From Prevotella sp. (lineage in GTDB: Bacteria > Bacteroidota > Bacteroidia > Bacteroidales > Bacteroidaceae), in NCBI GenBank assembly GCA_016291915.1, contig JAEEZP010000009.1, positions 1 to 53,826 on the forward strand: a stretch of DNA of 53,826 bases, given 5' to 3'. Both the position numbers and the translations under genes were made by a program. The notes under the pieces are model-generated. The model saw only the letters and a program-made list of their open reading frames with translations, had not been told where the DNA came from and made no database searches. Shown here piece after piece: positions 29,422-38,024 of this stretch (position 1 is the stretch's first letter; every line of letters starts with the position of its first letter).

Positions 29422-30879
29422 TTACTTCTTCTTACTGCTTTTTTGTTTTACACTTGATGAGGTAGCCATGGAGCGTACACAACGGAATCCGATATACGAG
29501 CGTGGCTGGTTCTGATATTCCCAGGTTCGCCATGCCGAACGGATATAACTCTCCGGATCTTTCCATGAGCCGCCCCTCACACTCTTCTTCTTCAGTCGGT
29601 AAGGATCTTCTATCGCAGCCTTATACTCCAAGGTGGGATTAAGGTCGTTCATCGCCTCTACACCAGCCTCTGTATAGATCGTGCTTGTCCACTCAGCCAC
29701 ATTACCGGCCATGTCATAGAGTCCGTTGCTGTTAGCACCATAGATAGCCGCCTTACTGGTTATCAGGTTACCGTCCTCGGTATAGTTACCACGGTCGGGT
29801 TTGAAATTGGCATAGAAACAGCCACGGTCATTCTTCATATCTTTGTTATCCCAGGGGAACTCATTACCATCCTTGCCACGTGCCGCATACTCCCATTCTG
29901 CTTCTGTCGGCAGACGATAGCGCTGAATATAACGTGCCTCACTACCTAAGCCTTTCAGCAGATAGTCAGTACGCCAGGCGCAGAAGGCATTAGCCTGTTC
30001 CCAGGTAACACCCACTACAGGGTAGTCGTTATAAGTAGGATTATTGAAATAGTACCTCAGGTACATCTCATTATCAGCATTCTGGAAGTCGTTCACCCAA
30101 CAGGTAGTATCTGGATAGACATTCACGATATAGGTATTCAGGAAGTCCCACGGTCCGCTTAACGGACGGTCGATAGTCTCTCTGACGATTCTTCCCTCAT
30201 CATCGATATAGGCAGTGTCTTTTGAGATCATCACAACCTCATCGGGATCCACCACTACGTCGGTATTAAACTGTCGTTCTTCCGGGTTCAGACGATGGCG
30301 GCGCAAAGCGGCGGCGGTATAGTCGTACACCTCATAACGGTAGTTCAGCTGTCGCCAGTCGAGAAGTTTCTCTCCCGTAACAGGATTCGTGACATACATA
30401 CTCTCGATAGCCCGTTGCTCATCTTCATTTGGTTTACGCGGCAGGGATTTCTTCCAGTTCACCTGGAAAGGCACGGGATCACCGTTTTTATCTTCAGTAA
30501 TCACATAGCTCTCATCACCGGCATAGGCAGGATCAGCCAGACGGGTACGGAGGATAGAGTCGCGCACCCAATACACGAACTGCTTGTATTTTGAGTTGGT
30601 TACCTCTGTCTCATCCATCCAGAAACCATCGACAGAGATTTCTTTCACCGGTGTCTGCTTACCCCAGAGACTGTCTTGCTTCTCCAAGCCCATCTTCAGG
30701 AAACCGCGTTTTACCTGTACCATGCCATAGGGTGCCGGTTCAGAGAAACCCTTACCAGAACCCACACCTGTCACCTCACCACCTCTATTGGCGGATGTTG
30801 CCAGCTTGCTGCCCATACAGGAAGCAAAGACAAGCATGGAGAACAGACACAGTACAATAACTATTCTACTTGATTTCAT
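29422..30879 (-). CDS. porK: T9SS lipoprotein PorK/GldK (FGE-sulfatase-like domain)
   Basis: Lipobox VFAS-C; FWMDETEVTN, RLPTEAEWEYAARG, GLYDMAGNVAEW, RGGSW, GFRCV; upstream of porL. Confidence 0.93.
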   Translation of the reverse strand: MKSSRIVIVLCLFSMLVFASCMGSKLATSANRGGEVTGVGSGKGFSEPAPYGMVQVKRGFLKMGLEKQDSLWGKQTPVKEISVDGFWMDETEVTNSKYKQFVYWVRDSILRTRLADPAYAGDESYVITEDKNGDPVPFQVNWKKSLPRKPNEDEQRAIESMYVTNPVTGEKLLDWRQLNYRYEVYDYTAAALRRHRLNPEERQFNTDVVVDPDEVVMISKDTAYIDDEGRIVRETIDRPLSGPWDFLNTYIVNVYPDTTCWVNDFQNADNEMYLRYYFNNPTYNDYPVVGVTWEQANAFCAWRTDYLLKGLGSEARYIQRYRLPTEAEWEYAARGKDGNEFPWDNKDMKNDRGCFYANFKPDRGNYTEDGNLITSKAAIYGANSNGLYDMAGNVAEWTSTIYTEAGVEAMNDLNPTLEYKAAIEDPYRLKKKSVRGGSWKDPESYIRSAWRTWEYQNQPRSYIGFRCVRSMATSSSVKQKSSKKK

Positions 30880-31003
30880 ATTTATTTTTTATTAGTTGAC
30901 GAGTAAACGAGTGGACAAGTTGACAAGTAGACGAGTAGACGAGTAGACGAGTTATTACTCTTAATTCATAATTCTTCACTCTCCACTCTTAACTCTTCAC
31001 TTC
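30880..31003 (-). repeat. Composite 7-mer + 8-mer spacer between porP and porK
   Basis: On - strand: (AGTGAAG-like)x6, AGAGTAATAACT, (CTCGTCTA-like)x7, CTAATAAAAA, then ATG. Confidence 0.85.
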
Positions 31004-31954
31004 CTACAGTATTCTCACACTCTTGTGCTTATTCCTCCCCTTCTTATAGAGGTTGATATCCATCTGATAGCCCACGAAGAGCTCATGGCTGCCGTTACCC
31101 ATATTCAGGGAGGAGGTATAGAACTCATAACTGTATCCCACGTTGAAATCGTGGAAGACACCTCCGATGAGCACCGTGACGCTGTTGGTAGGACTATACG
31201 ACAGTCCGCCATACATCTTTTTCTTCTCATTGGTGTACACCAGTCGGGCTGTGATATCCCCACGGTAAGCCACCCCGTCGGTTCTCACCAAGAAGGAGGT
31301 CGGTATTGTTAAGAACGGATTTCTCAACTTAATATTGTATCCGCCCGTTAAATAATATGTCCTATCTATCTGTAGTTCATTCGTTTCGCCTAACTCCACC
31401 AAGGGAGCTGTGAGGTGTTGCCCAGACAATCCCACATACCAGTTCTTATGCGAGTAGTACAGTCCGAAAGCTAAATCAAGGGCATTTCCAGTCACATCCG
31501 CTTTTGTAAAGACCGGATCGTCATCTATCACATCCACCTCCGACCCTTTAAAATCTTCCATGAGCAGCCCTGCCTGCAATCCTACGCTGAGAACACCCTT
31601 TAAAAGCTTCTTCTTAAATGCATACTGCACGGCTGTACGCTGATGCGTGAACAATCCTATCTGATCGTTGAGCAAGTTAACACCTACCCCATGGTAACTG
31701 TTCAAGGCATAAAACGGCATATCGCCGGTGATAAACATCGAACGGGGATTATGCTCGAATCCGGCAAAATCCAGTGCATAGACAGCTGCTGCATTAATCT
31801 TTTCCTGCTTTCCGACAGCTGCCGGATTGTAATAGGTTTCCAGATCCCAGTAATGACTGAAAGACACATCATACTGCGCACTTACCTTGGTATAGGCAAG
31901 CATCACCATAAGAAATATGACTGATCTTTTAAGCACGAATAAATAACGCAGCAA
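31004..31954 (-). CDS. porP: PorP/SprF family T9SS outer membrane protein
   Basis: VSA-Q signal; FSHY..YYNPAAVG; VGYSYE; GSHELFVGY; first gene upstream of porK; TTG start uncertain. Confidence 0.9.
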   Translation of the reverse strand: MLRYLFVLKRSVIFLMVMLAYTKVSAQYDVSFSHYWDLETYYNPAAVGKQEKINAAAVYALDFAGFEHNPRSMFITGDMPFYALNSYHGVGVNLLNDQIGLFTHQRTAVQYAFKKKLLKGVLSVGLQAGLLMEDFKGSEVDVIDDDPVFTKADVTGNALDLAFGLYYSHKNWYVGLSGQHLTAPLVELGETNELQIDRTYYLTGGYNIKLRNPFLTIPTSFLVRTDGVAYRGDITARLVYTNEKKKMYGGLSYSPTNSVTVLIGGVFHDFNVGYSYEFYTSSLNMGNGSHELFVGYQMDINLYKKGRNKHKSVRIL

Positions 31955-32073
31955 TTCTTTATTTATTGTATCTGTTAACCATGGTAAAGACAGTCTGAAG
32001 AGCAGAATTGTTAATTATCTATAATTACAATCATTTTTATTCTTATTCTGTTATTACTTCGTAATTCTTTTAT

Positions 32074-32081
32074 TATATTTG
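32074..32081 (+). promoter_or_regulatory. -7 promoter element
   Basis: TATATTTG(CG), about 128 nt upstream of ATG 32210. Confidence 0.6.
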
Positions 32082-32209
32082 CGAAGAAATATGTTCGATT
32101 TGGTTATATTCTCAACCATTTTACCCACTTATTCTAAGATGAGAGGGCGATTTGGTAAGTCTTTATTAATATAGTAAACTCGTTTAGCAATCATTTAAAA
32201 AATTAAATT

Positions 32210-32725
32210 ATGAAGAAATTATTAGTTTTGTCAATGGCACTCGTATTTGGGGTAACCATAGGTTTTGCACAATCAAATACCGTTACGACACAAGCGAAGA
32301 TTCAGGGAGCAACCCCAACAGGCACTTTACAGAAAACGAATGTTGGTACCACTCCTTCTACAGCAACCGGAACCCTTCTGAAAAAAACTGGTACCACTAC
32401 ACAAACTACCACCTCTAAGGTAGTAACAACTGGAACTCCTAAGGTTATTACAAGTACTACCATGGGGCCCGACGGTACCACTATCAATAAAGACGATATC
32501 AAGGGTGGTATCAATCCAAAGGCTGATACTGATGAAGTGACTCCCTTTGTATTAACAACAAACGAGCCTGCATCATCTGTACCTCTTCAAACTGCAGGTG
32601 AAATGCCGACAACTGTTAGTACTCCAGCCAAGACCGCTGTGACTAATCCTGCATTAGGCACTTCTAGGACCGTTGGCAAGACAACTTTGTTGCCAGGCAC
32701 CCAGGCTAAGGAAGTTAACAGATAA
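32210..32725 (+). CDS. Secreted Thr-rich low-complexity protein
   Basis: Signal peptide GFA-Q; about 42 Thr in the 151-aa mature part (hand count); own promoter and terminator. Confidence 0.75.
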   Translation: MKKLLVLSMALVFGVTIGFAQSNTVTTQAKIQGATPTGTLQKTNVGTTPSTATGTLLKKTGTTTQTTTSKVVTTGTPKVITSTTMGPDGTTINKDDIKGGINPKADTDEVTPFVLTTNEPASSVPLQTAGEMPTTVSTPAKTAVTNPALGTSRTVGKTTLLPGTQAKEVNR

Positions 32726-32746
32726 GTAAAGTAATTCTAATAACAG

Positions 32747-32775
32747 ATAAAAGCTGCACGCTGTGCAGCTTTTAT
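32747..32775. terminator. Bidirectional Rho-independent terminator
   Basis: ATAAAAGCTGCAC-gct-GTGCAGCTTTTAT. Confidence 0.85.
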
Positions 32776-32784
32776 TGTTGAATA

Positions 32785-34467
32785 ATGAGCAATACCTCCT
32801 TCATATACAGATATCGACACACCATCCTTTTTTTGATGGTCGTTACGATCATTTATACTGTTCTTAATTGGCTGTCACCCATGGATGGGGATGACTTCGT
32901 ATATCGGTTTATTTTCCGAAACGGATATACTATTAAAAGTACGGAAGTCAATAGTTTTCACGACTTAGTCTCCTCTCAAATTGACCATTTCCTGCATGAG
33001 AACAGTCGTACACCTGTCCACATTGTAGCCCAGGCTCTGTTGATGGTCAATGGCAGATGGTTGTTTAACATCTTCAATCCCTTTTTCTTTTTAGCCTTTA
33101 TTCTACTGACAGTTCGTTATGCCACAGGAAGAATCAACTTCCATACTACCGTTCTGGTTGTCTTCCTAATTGTTGCCTTCCCGTGCTTTGATCATTTCTA
33201 TTTGTGGATGATGGGCTGTATGAACTACCTTTGGACATCGGTAGTCGTTTTGGTATTCCTGATATTGTTGGAGAAAAGGAAAGAAAAGTTAGTTTCCAAA
33301 AGTTCTTGGGGCATCCTGCTATTATCTTTCTTTGCGGGCTGGACCCACGAAGGTATCACCATCCCCATCGCAGTGGGATTTATATTGGCGGCCTTACCTA
33401 AATGGAGAAAGTTGAAGAAGACAGAATATACCTGGATGCTATTGTTTTTCTTAATAGGTGCTGCTCTTTGTCTGTCGTTCACTATCTATAAAGCTTTCAC
33501 CGACAGTAGCGGTAGCCTCATAGAGACACTCCAAAAGAAGATAGAAACCGGGAATAGTATCATGGCCGACCTTCGACTGATATATGCACTGATCGTTGGT
33601 TGTCTTATCGGACTGCTGTGTTGCAGGAAACGGTTTTTCTCTTTCTTCCGAGAAAACATTCGATGGTTTTGGGTAATACTCTTAGGCATAGGTATTGTCT
33701 ATGCCACCGGATTGGCTCGCACCCGCACAGCCTACATCGTGGAGTTTGGATCACTTCTTTTACTTGTCAGGCTTTACATCGTATTCAAGCCCAATAAAGC
33801 CGTCAAGAGGATGCTCTCAACTATCATGATCCTGTTGATGCTGGCATTATTCAGCATCGTCTGTTATTGGAGTGTTCAAAACTATAAACACTCCCTGAAT
33901 TATATTCAACAGATGAAGGAAGGTAATACTACGGTAATTGCAGACTATTTCTATATGCCACGTTTTATCGAACCATATATAGAAGGTTTTTCATGTTTAG
34001 GTTCAAACAATGTTTCATATTTAAACCCAGACTTGACAGGAACTAAGATCATAGCACTTTATTATCATTTACCCACAGTGGCATTCTATCCGATGAAGCT
34101 TTTGGAAGATATGGCCTATGCGCCTGACAGCTTCACTGAGTTTACCGACTGTGGATATCTGCCATATTACGTGAAACGGAAAACAGATAAAGATCTCGTC
34201 GATCAGGTTATTTATAAGTTGAGACCCGCTAAAGAGACGGAGAAGCCTTGGTGGGTCCGACTGACTGGCATCCAACGCGAGATTGATCAAGAAGTATACC
34301 TCTTAGGTGATTTCGTCAATGTGATTGTTGGTGAAGATGAATGGATATGTCTTCAAAAGAATAATAAATACGATGACCGCATAGAATCAATACTGATAAA
34401 GACCAAAGCCAATGAAAAGGATTTTAAGAATAAAAAAATCATCAGCCATGAGAAGAAGGATAAGTAG
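32785..34467 (+). CDS. Polytopic membrane protein, DUF6056-like / GT-C-fold glycosyltransferase, copy 1
   Basis: SPMDGDDFVY after TM1, HENSR, YLWMMGCMNYLW, GWTHEG; multiple TMs plus soluble C-terminal domain. Confidence 0.7.
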   Translation: MSNTSFIYRYRHTILFLMVVTIIYTVLNWLSPMDGDDFVYRFIFRNGYTIKSTEVNSFHDLVSSQIDHFLHENSRTPVHIVAQALLMVNGRWLFNIFNPFFFLAFILLTVRYATGRINFHTTVLVVFLIVAFPCFDHFYLWMMGCMNYLWTSVVVLVFLILLEKRKEKLVSKSSWGILLLSFFAGWTHEGITIPIAVGFILAALPKWRKLKKTEYTWMLLFFLIGAALCLSFTIYKAFTDSSGSLIETLQKKIETGNSIMADLRLIYALIVGCLIGLLCCRKRFFSFFRENIRWFWVILLGIGIVYATGLARTRTAYIVEFGSLLLLVRLYIVFKPNKAVKRMLSTIMILLMLALFSIVCYWSVQNYKHSLNYIQQMKEGNTTVIADYFYMPRFIEPYIEGFSCLGSNNVSYLNPDLTGTKIIALYYHLPTVAFYPMKLLEDMAYAPDSFTEFTDCGYLPYYVKRKTDKDLVDQVIYKLRPAKETEKPWWVRLTGIQREIDQEVYLLGDFVNVIVGEDEWICLQKNNKYDDRIESILIKTKANEKDFKNKKIISHEKKDK

Positions 34468-36103
34468 TGTATGGTTATTCCTGTTTGTCACGACCGTCCT
34501 CTTCGGCTTATGGACTTTCCTCTCTCCGTATACTGGCGACGATCTGCGATATCATTGTATGTTCGCCAATTACGACATCGATTCATCACGCCTCGTCAAA
34601 TCGATGAAAGATGTAATCGCTTCGAACATCGTCCATTTCAAATATGTCAACGGAAGGATCTTGGCACATCTGATGATTCAGACCTTCACAGGGATAACGG
34701 GGAAGCTACCATTTAATATCCTTAACCCTCTTTTCTTTACAGCTTATATACTGCTGATCTGCCAGTTAGGGCTAAGACATATCAGTTGGCGAGGACTGTT
34801 ATGGACTGTAGGGCTGGTCTTATTCCTCATGCCCAATTTCCATATGGAATATCTGTGGATGTGTGGGGCTGTTAACTACCTGTGGAGCTCAGTCTTCATT
34901 TTATTATTTCTGTTGCTGTTGAGAAACACAGAAGAGAAGAACACTAAGGACTATCGTTGGTGGAAAATCACACTTCTCCTCCTGTTTGCCTTTATCACCG
35001 GTGGATTGCACGAGGGCATTACCGTCCCCCTATGCGTTGGCTTGGTTATTAACGAATTATATATATGGCATAAGAAGAAATCATTCGACCGCCATTTGCT
35101 TCGTCCATGGCTGATCCTTGCGTTTATCATAGGAGCACTCATCTGTATGGGAAGCACCATCCAACGGGCACACAACCAATATGAAAGTTTCATGGGATCA
35201 CTTCAGGAGCGTTGGGATTGTGGCATCTATATATGGAGCAAACTGCACCTCATATACCTAATGATAATCATCTTGCTCATTGCGGTATGGAGAAAGAAGG
35301 TAGGCTTCAAGGCATTTGTCAAGGAGAACATCGTTTATCTGATTACGATTGCCTGCTCAATGGGCATCGCCTTTTATACGGGTCTCAACTATGTACGCAT
35401 CTCGTATGCCGCAGAACTTTTTTCACTGATCCTGATTATTCAACTGGCAGATTGTTTCAAATTAAGCAGACGGATAAAAAATAGAGTAACCGTATTGTTC
35501 TTAACGATAATCATAGCTTTTTATGCAGTAGTGTTATATTACACTTGCATAAACTATAGGCAACATGTAGCTCTGACCAAACAATTAGAAAGCGGAAAAC
35601 AGATCGTAACCTTCCAATATGCCGACAGTCCATCCTTAGTAAATGAACACATATGCAGAACCATTGGTATGGGTAAAGATGATGAATTATGGTACCTTGA
35701 TCCGGATGTAGAGTTGTGTAAGGTATATGCCACTATCTATGGATTGGATTATATGTTGTTCATACCTGAAACGCTTTATGAAATGCTCAACAATCATCCG
35801 GATGGCTTTGAGGAGTTTACGGATTGTGGCAATCTTCCATTCTATACGAAACGCATAGATAAGGATATGAATATCAAAGAACTACGCTATAGATTGCGTG
35901 AAGCAAAACCGGAAGAGATTCCTTTCTACTATCGTCCTTTCACTCGCTTTTGTGATAGATACAAGAAAAATAAATATGCTATAATACCTACCACCCTTCT
36001 TTATAACGACCAGTTATATCTATTCGCTCCCAAATTGAGCAAGGATCTTGATGACCGACTGACTGAAATCACCATTGTCAAAGAAGAAGAGAAGAGCAAT
36101 TGA
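34448..36103 (+). CDS. Polytopic membrane protein, DUF6056-like / GT-C-fold glycosyltransferase, copy 2
   Basis: SPYTGDDLRY, YVNGR, YLWMCGAVNYLW, GGLHEG; shares EFTDCG-LP-Y with copy 1; start at 34448 or 34412. Confidence 0.7.
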   Translation: MRRRISSVWLFLFVTTVLFGLWTFLSPYTGDDLRYHCMFANYDIDSSRLVKSMKDVIASNIVHFKYVNGRILAHLMIQTFTGITGKLPFNILNPLFFTAYILLICQLGLRHISWRGLLWTVGLVLFLMPNFHMEYLWMCGAVNYLWSSVFILLFLLLLRNTEEKNTKDYRWWKITLLLLFAFITGGLHEGITVPLCVGLVINELYIWHKKKSFDRHLLRPWLILAFIIGALICMGSTIQRAHNQYESFMGSLQERWDCGIYIWSKLHLIYLMIIILLIAVWRKKVGFKAFVKENIVYLITIACSMGIAFYTGLNYVRISYAAELFSLILIIQLADCFKLSRRIKNRVTVLFLTIIIAFYAVVLYYTCINYRQHVALTKQLESGKQIVTFQYADSPSLVNEHICRTIGMGKDDELWYLDPDVELCKVYATIYGLDYMLFIPETLYEMLNNHPDGFEEFTDCGNLPFYTKRIDKDMNIKELRYRLREAKPEEIPFYYRPFTRFCDRYKKNKYAIIPTTLLYNDQLYLFAPKLSKDLDDRLTEITIVKEEEKSN

Positions 36104-36105
36104 TA

Positions 36106-36250
36106 ATTATGCGATTGAGCGAGTGCAGAGCTAAGCTTGCTTAGGCTATGCCGAACTGACGAACGAGCGAGAGCAGAGTGAAGCTCGTTTCAACTTTGCC
36201 GAGCGAGGAGGAAGAAGACGAAGTCAATCGTGAGCATAATCGCCGAAGGC
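36106..36250 (+). repeat. Nested REP-like palindromic elements
   Basis: Outer ATTATGC..GAGCGAGTGCAGAG..TGCCGA|..CGTGAG-GCATAAT-GCCGAAGGC is interrupted by inner TGAC..GAGCGAGAGCAGAG..TGCCGAGCGAGGAG..GACGAAGTCA (36157-36226). Confidence 0.7.
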
Positions 36251-36296
36251 AATTGATAATTGATAATTGATAATTGACAATTGATAATTAAGAATT
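36251..36296. repeat. 7-mer array AATTGAT x6
   Basis: aattgat aattgat aattgat aattgac aattgat aattaag; a further unit at 36098-36104 overlaps the upstream stop. Confidence 0.9.
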
Positions 36297-37059
36297 AAGG
36301 ATTCATGGTTAAGAAAACAGCATTCTCTTGCTTTAGCATGAGAATCAGGTTTCTCAACCTTTTTTCCATGGTTAACCCACAACTACGTCGGATATAACAG
36401 GGGACCTTCCACTCTGGATGCTCGTTAAGTGGATAGAACTCCCATGGGTGCATATAGGATATAAAGAATCCGTCATATCGCAGCGTTCTTCTTACTAACC
36501 ACAAATATAACCACTGGGGCAGTACATGGTTGGAGAGCCAAAACAATGGGAAGCGCAACCAGGGTGTCACGGAGGCTGGAATCTGTATGATTCCGTCTTT
36601 TACATATACCGTACGTGGTTTCCGTAAGTGGTTATACCGCCCGGGTATCCATGTAGGGTTGAGTGAGGCATTATACTGATAACCTGCTTCACACAACTGT
36701 TTGTCAGAAATAGGCATCATGCGTGGCTGACGATAACCAAAGACAGGTTGTCCGGTCAGTTGTTCCAACAATTGCTTAGAGTCAACCAGATCAGTAGGTT
36801 GCATCTCCGAATGCCGCATACTATGACTGGCAATCTCATGTCCTTCATCCACCAACCGTTGAAGAATCTGAGGGGCATGGGTGGCAAAGACACCCGTCAC
36901 AAAGAAGGTGGCATGGACAGATTCTTCCTTCAGGATATCCAACAGTCGTTCAGCACCCTTAGCGGATACCATGATCTGATCCTCCAAAGGGATATCCACG
37001 CCATGTTCTTGCGGCAAGTCGAACTCCTCGAAGTCAAAACTCAGAAAAACCTTCTTCAT
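36295..37059 (-). CDS. Polysaccharide deacetylase family (CE4-like) protein
   Basis: LSFDFEEF, ATFFVTG, GHEIASHSMRH, GYRQPR, YMHPWE; no signal peptide. Confidence 0.88.
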   Translation of the reverse strand: MKKVFLSFDFEEFDLPQEHGVDIPLEDQIMVSAKGAERLLDILKEESVHATFFVTGVFATHAPQILQRLVDEGHEIASHSMRHSEMQPTDLVDSKQLLEQLTGQPVFGYRQPRMMPISDKQLCEAGYQYNASLNPTWIPGRYNHLRKPRTVYVKDGIIQIPASVTPWLRFPLFWLSNHVLPQWLYLWLVRRTLRYDGFFISYMHPWEFYPLNEHPEWKVPCYIRRSCGLTMEKRLRNLILMLKQENAVFLTMNP

Positions 37060-37064
37060 GAATC

Positions 37065-38024
37065 TTATTCCTCTTGCTTAGGATTGTCCAATCCTTTCTT
37101 GTCCACGACATACACCGGACGGTTCTTCACCTCTATAAAGGTCTTGCCTAAATACTCTCCGATAATACCTAATGAGATGAGCTGTACTCCACCAAGGAAA
37201 AGGATCAATACCACGATAGTGGGATAACCGGCGACAGGCTCACCCCATATCAGGGTGTTTGCCAAGACAACGCACATATAGATAAATGCAACAAAGGACA
37301 CGACAAGCCCAAGTATGGTTGAGATACGCAGAGGGGCCGTGGTAAATGACAATATACCATCGATGGCCAGACCGATCAACTGTCGGTAACTCCAAGTGGA
37401 CTTACCTGCCACACGGTCTTGTGTCTCAAAGGGAACCTCTTTCTTTTGGAACCCTATCCAACAGTACAATCCTTTCGTATAACGCTCTGTCTCACGCAAC
37501 TGCTTCAGGGACTCCACACAACGACGGTCGAGCAGACGGAAATCACCCACATTCGGGAGAATCTCCACATGAGCCATCTTCTGCAACAGACGATAATATC
37601 CCAGGGAGAGTTTCCTGCGTAGCCAACTCTCACGACCACGAGTCAACCGTTTGCCATATACATCATCATAACCTTCCTCCCAGGCTGCTAACAGTTGAGG
37701 AATCACTGTTGGGGGATGTTGCAAGTCGGCATCCATGATAATCACTGCATCACCACGGGCATGGTCGAATCCTGCCAGCATCGCCGCTTCCTTACCGAAG
37801 TTACGTGAAAGACTCACGAAGCAGAAACGGTTATCTTCCTGATGCATCTGCTCCAACAGACGTAAGGTATTGTCACGGCTACCGTCGTTAATGAACAAAA
37901 ACTCCCATTGATAACCGGGTTGTTCGGATATCAATTGAAGAAGAGCCTCCCTCATAAAAGGTAAAGACTCTTCTTCATTATAACAGGGTATTAAAATCGT
38001 TACTGTTTTCAATACGCTATTCAT
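37065..38024 (-). CDS. GT2 polyprenol-phosphate glycosyltransferase, GtrB-like
   Basis: IPCYNEE, INDGSRD, LSRNFGKEAA, MDADLQHPP, GDFRL, two C-terminal TMs, GEYLGK..KNRPVY. Confidence 0.9.
   Translation of the reverse strand: MNSVLKTVTILIPCYNEEESLPFMREALLQLISEQPGYQWEFLFINDGSRDNTLRLLEQMHQEDNRFCFVSLSRNFGKEAAMLAGFDHARGDAVIIMDADLQHPPTVIPQLLAAWEEGYDDVYGKRLTRGRESWLRRKLSLGYYRLLQKMAHVEILPNVGDFRLLDRRCVESLKQLRETERYTKGLYCWIGFQKKEVPFETQDRVAGKSTWSYRQLIGLAIDGILSFTTAPLRISTILGLVVSFVAFIYMCVVLANTLIWGEPVAGYPTIVVLILFLGGVQLISLGIIGEYLGKTFIEVKNRPVYVVDKKGLDNPKQEE

Noticed and set aside
29422-30879. Formylglycine-generating (sulfatase-modifying) enzyme
   Set aside because: Lipobox and position in porP-K-L-M-N identify it as PorK/GldK, which carries this fold structurally
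25873-31954. T9SS operon as a novel system or evidence of gliding
   Set aside because: porPKLMN is well described, and no gliding-specific genes are in the window
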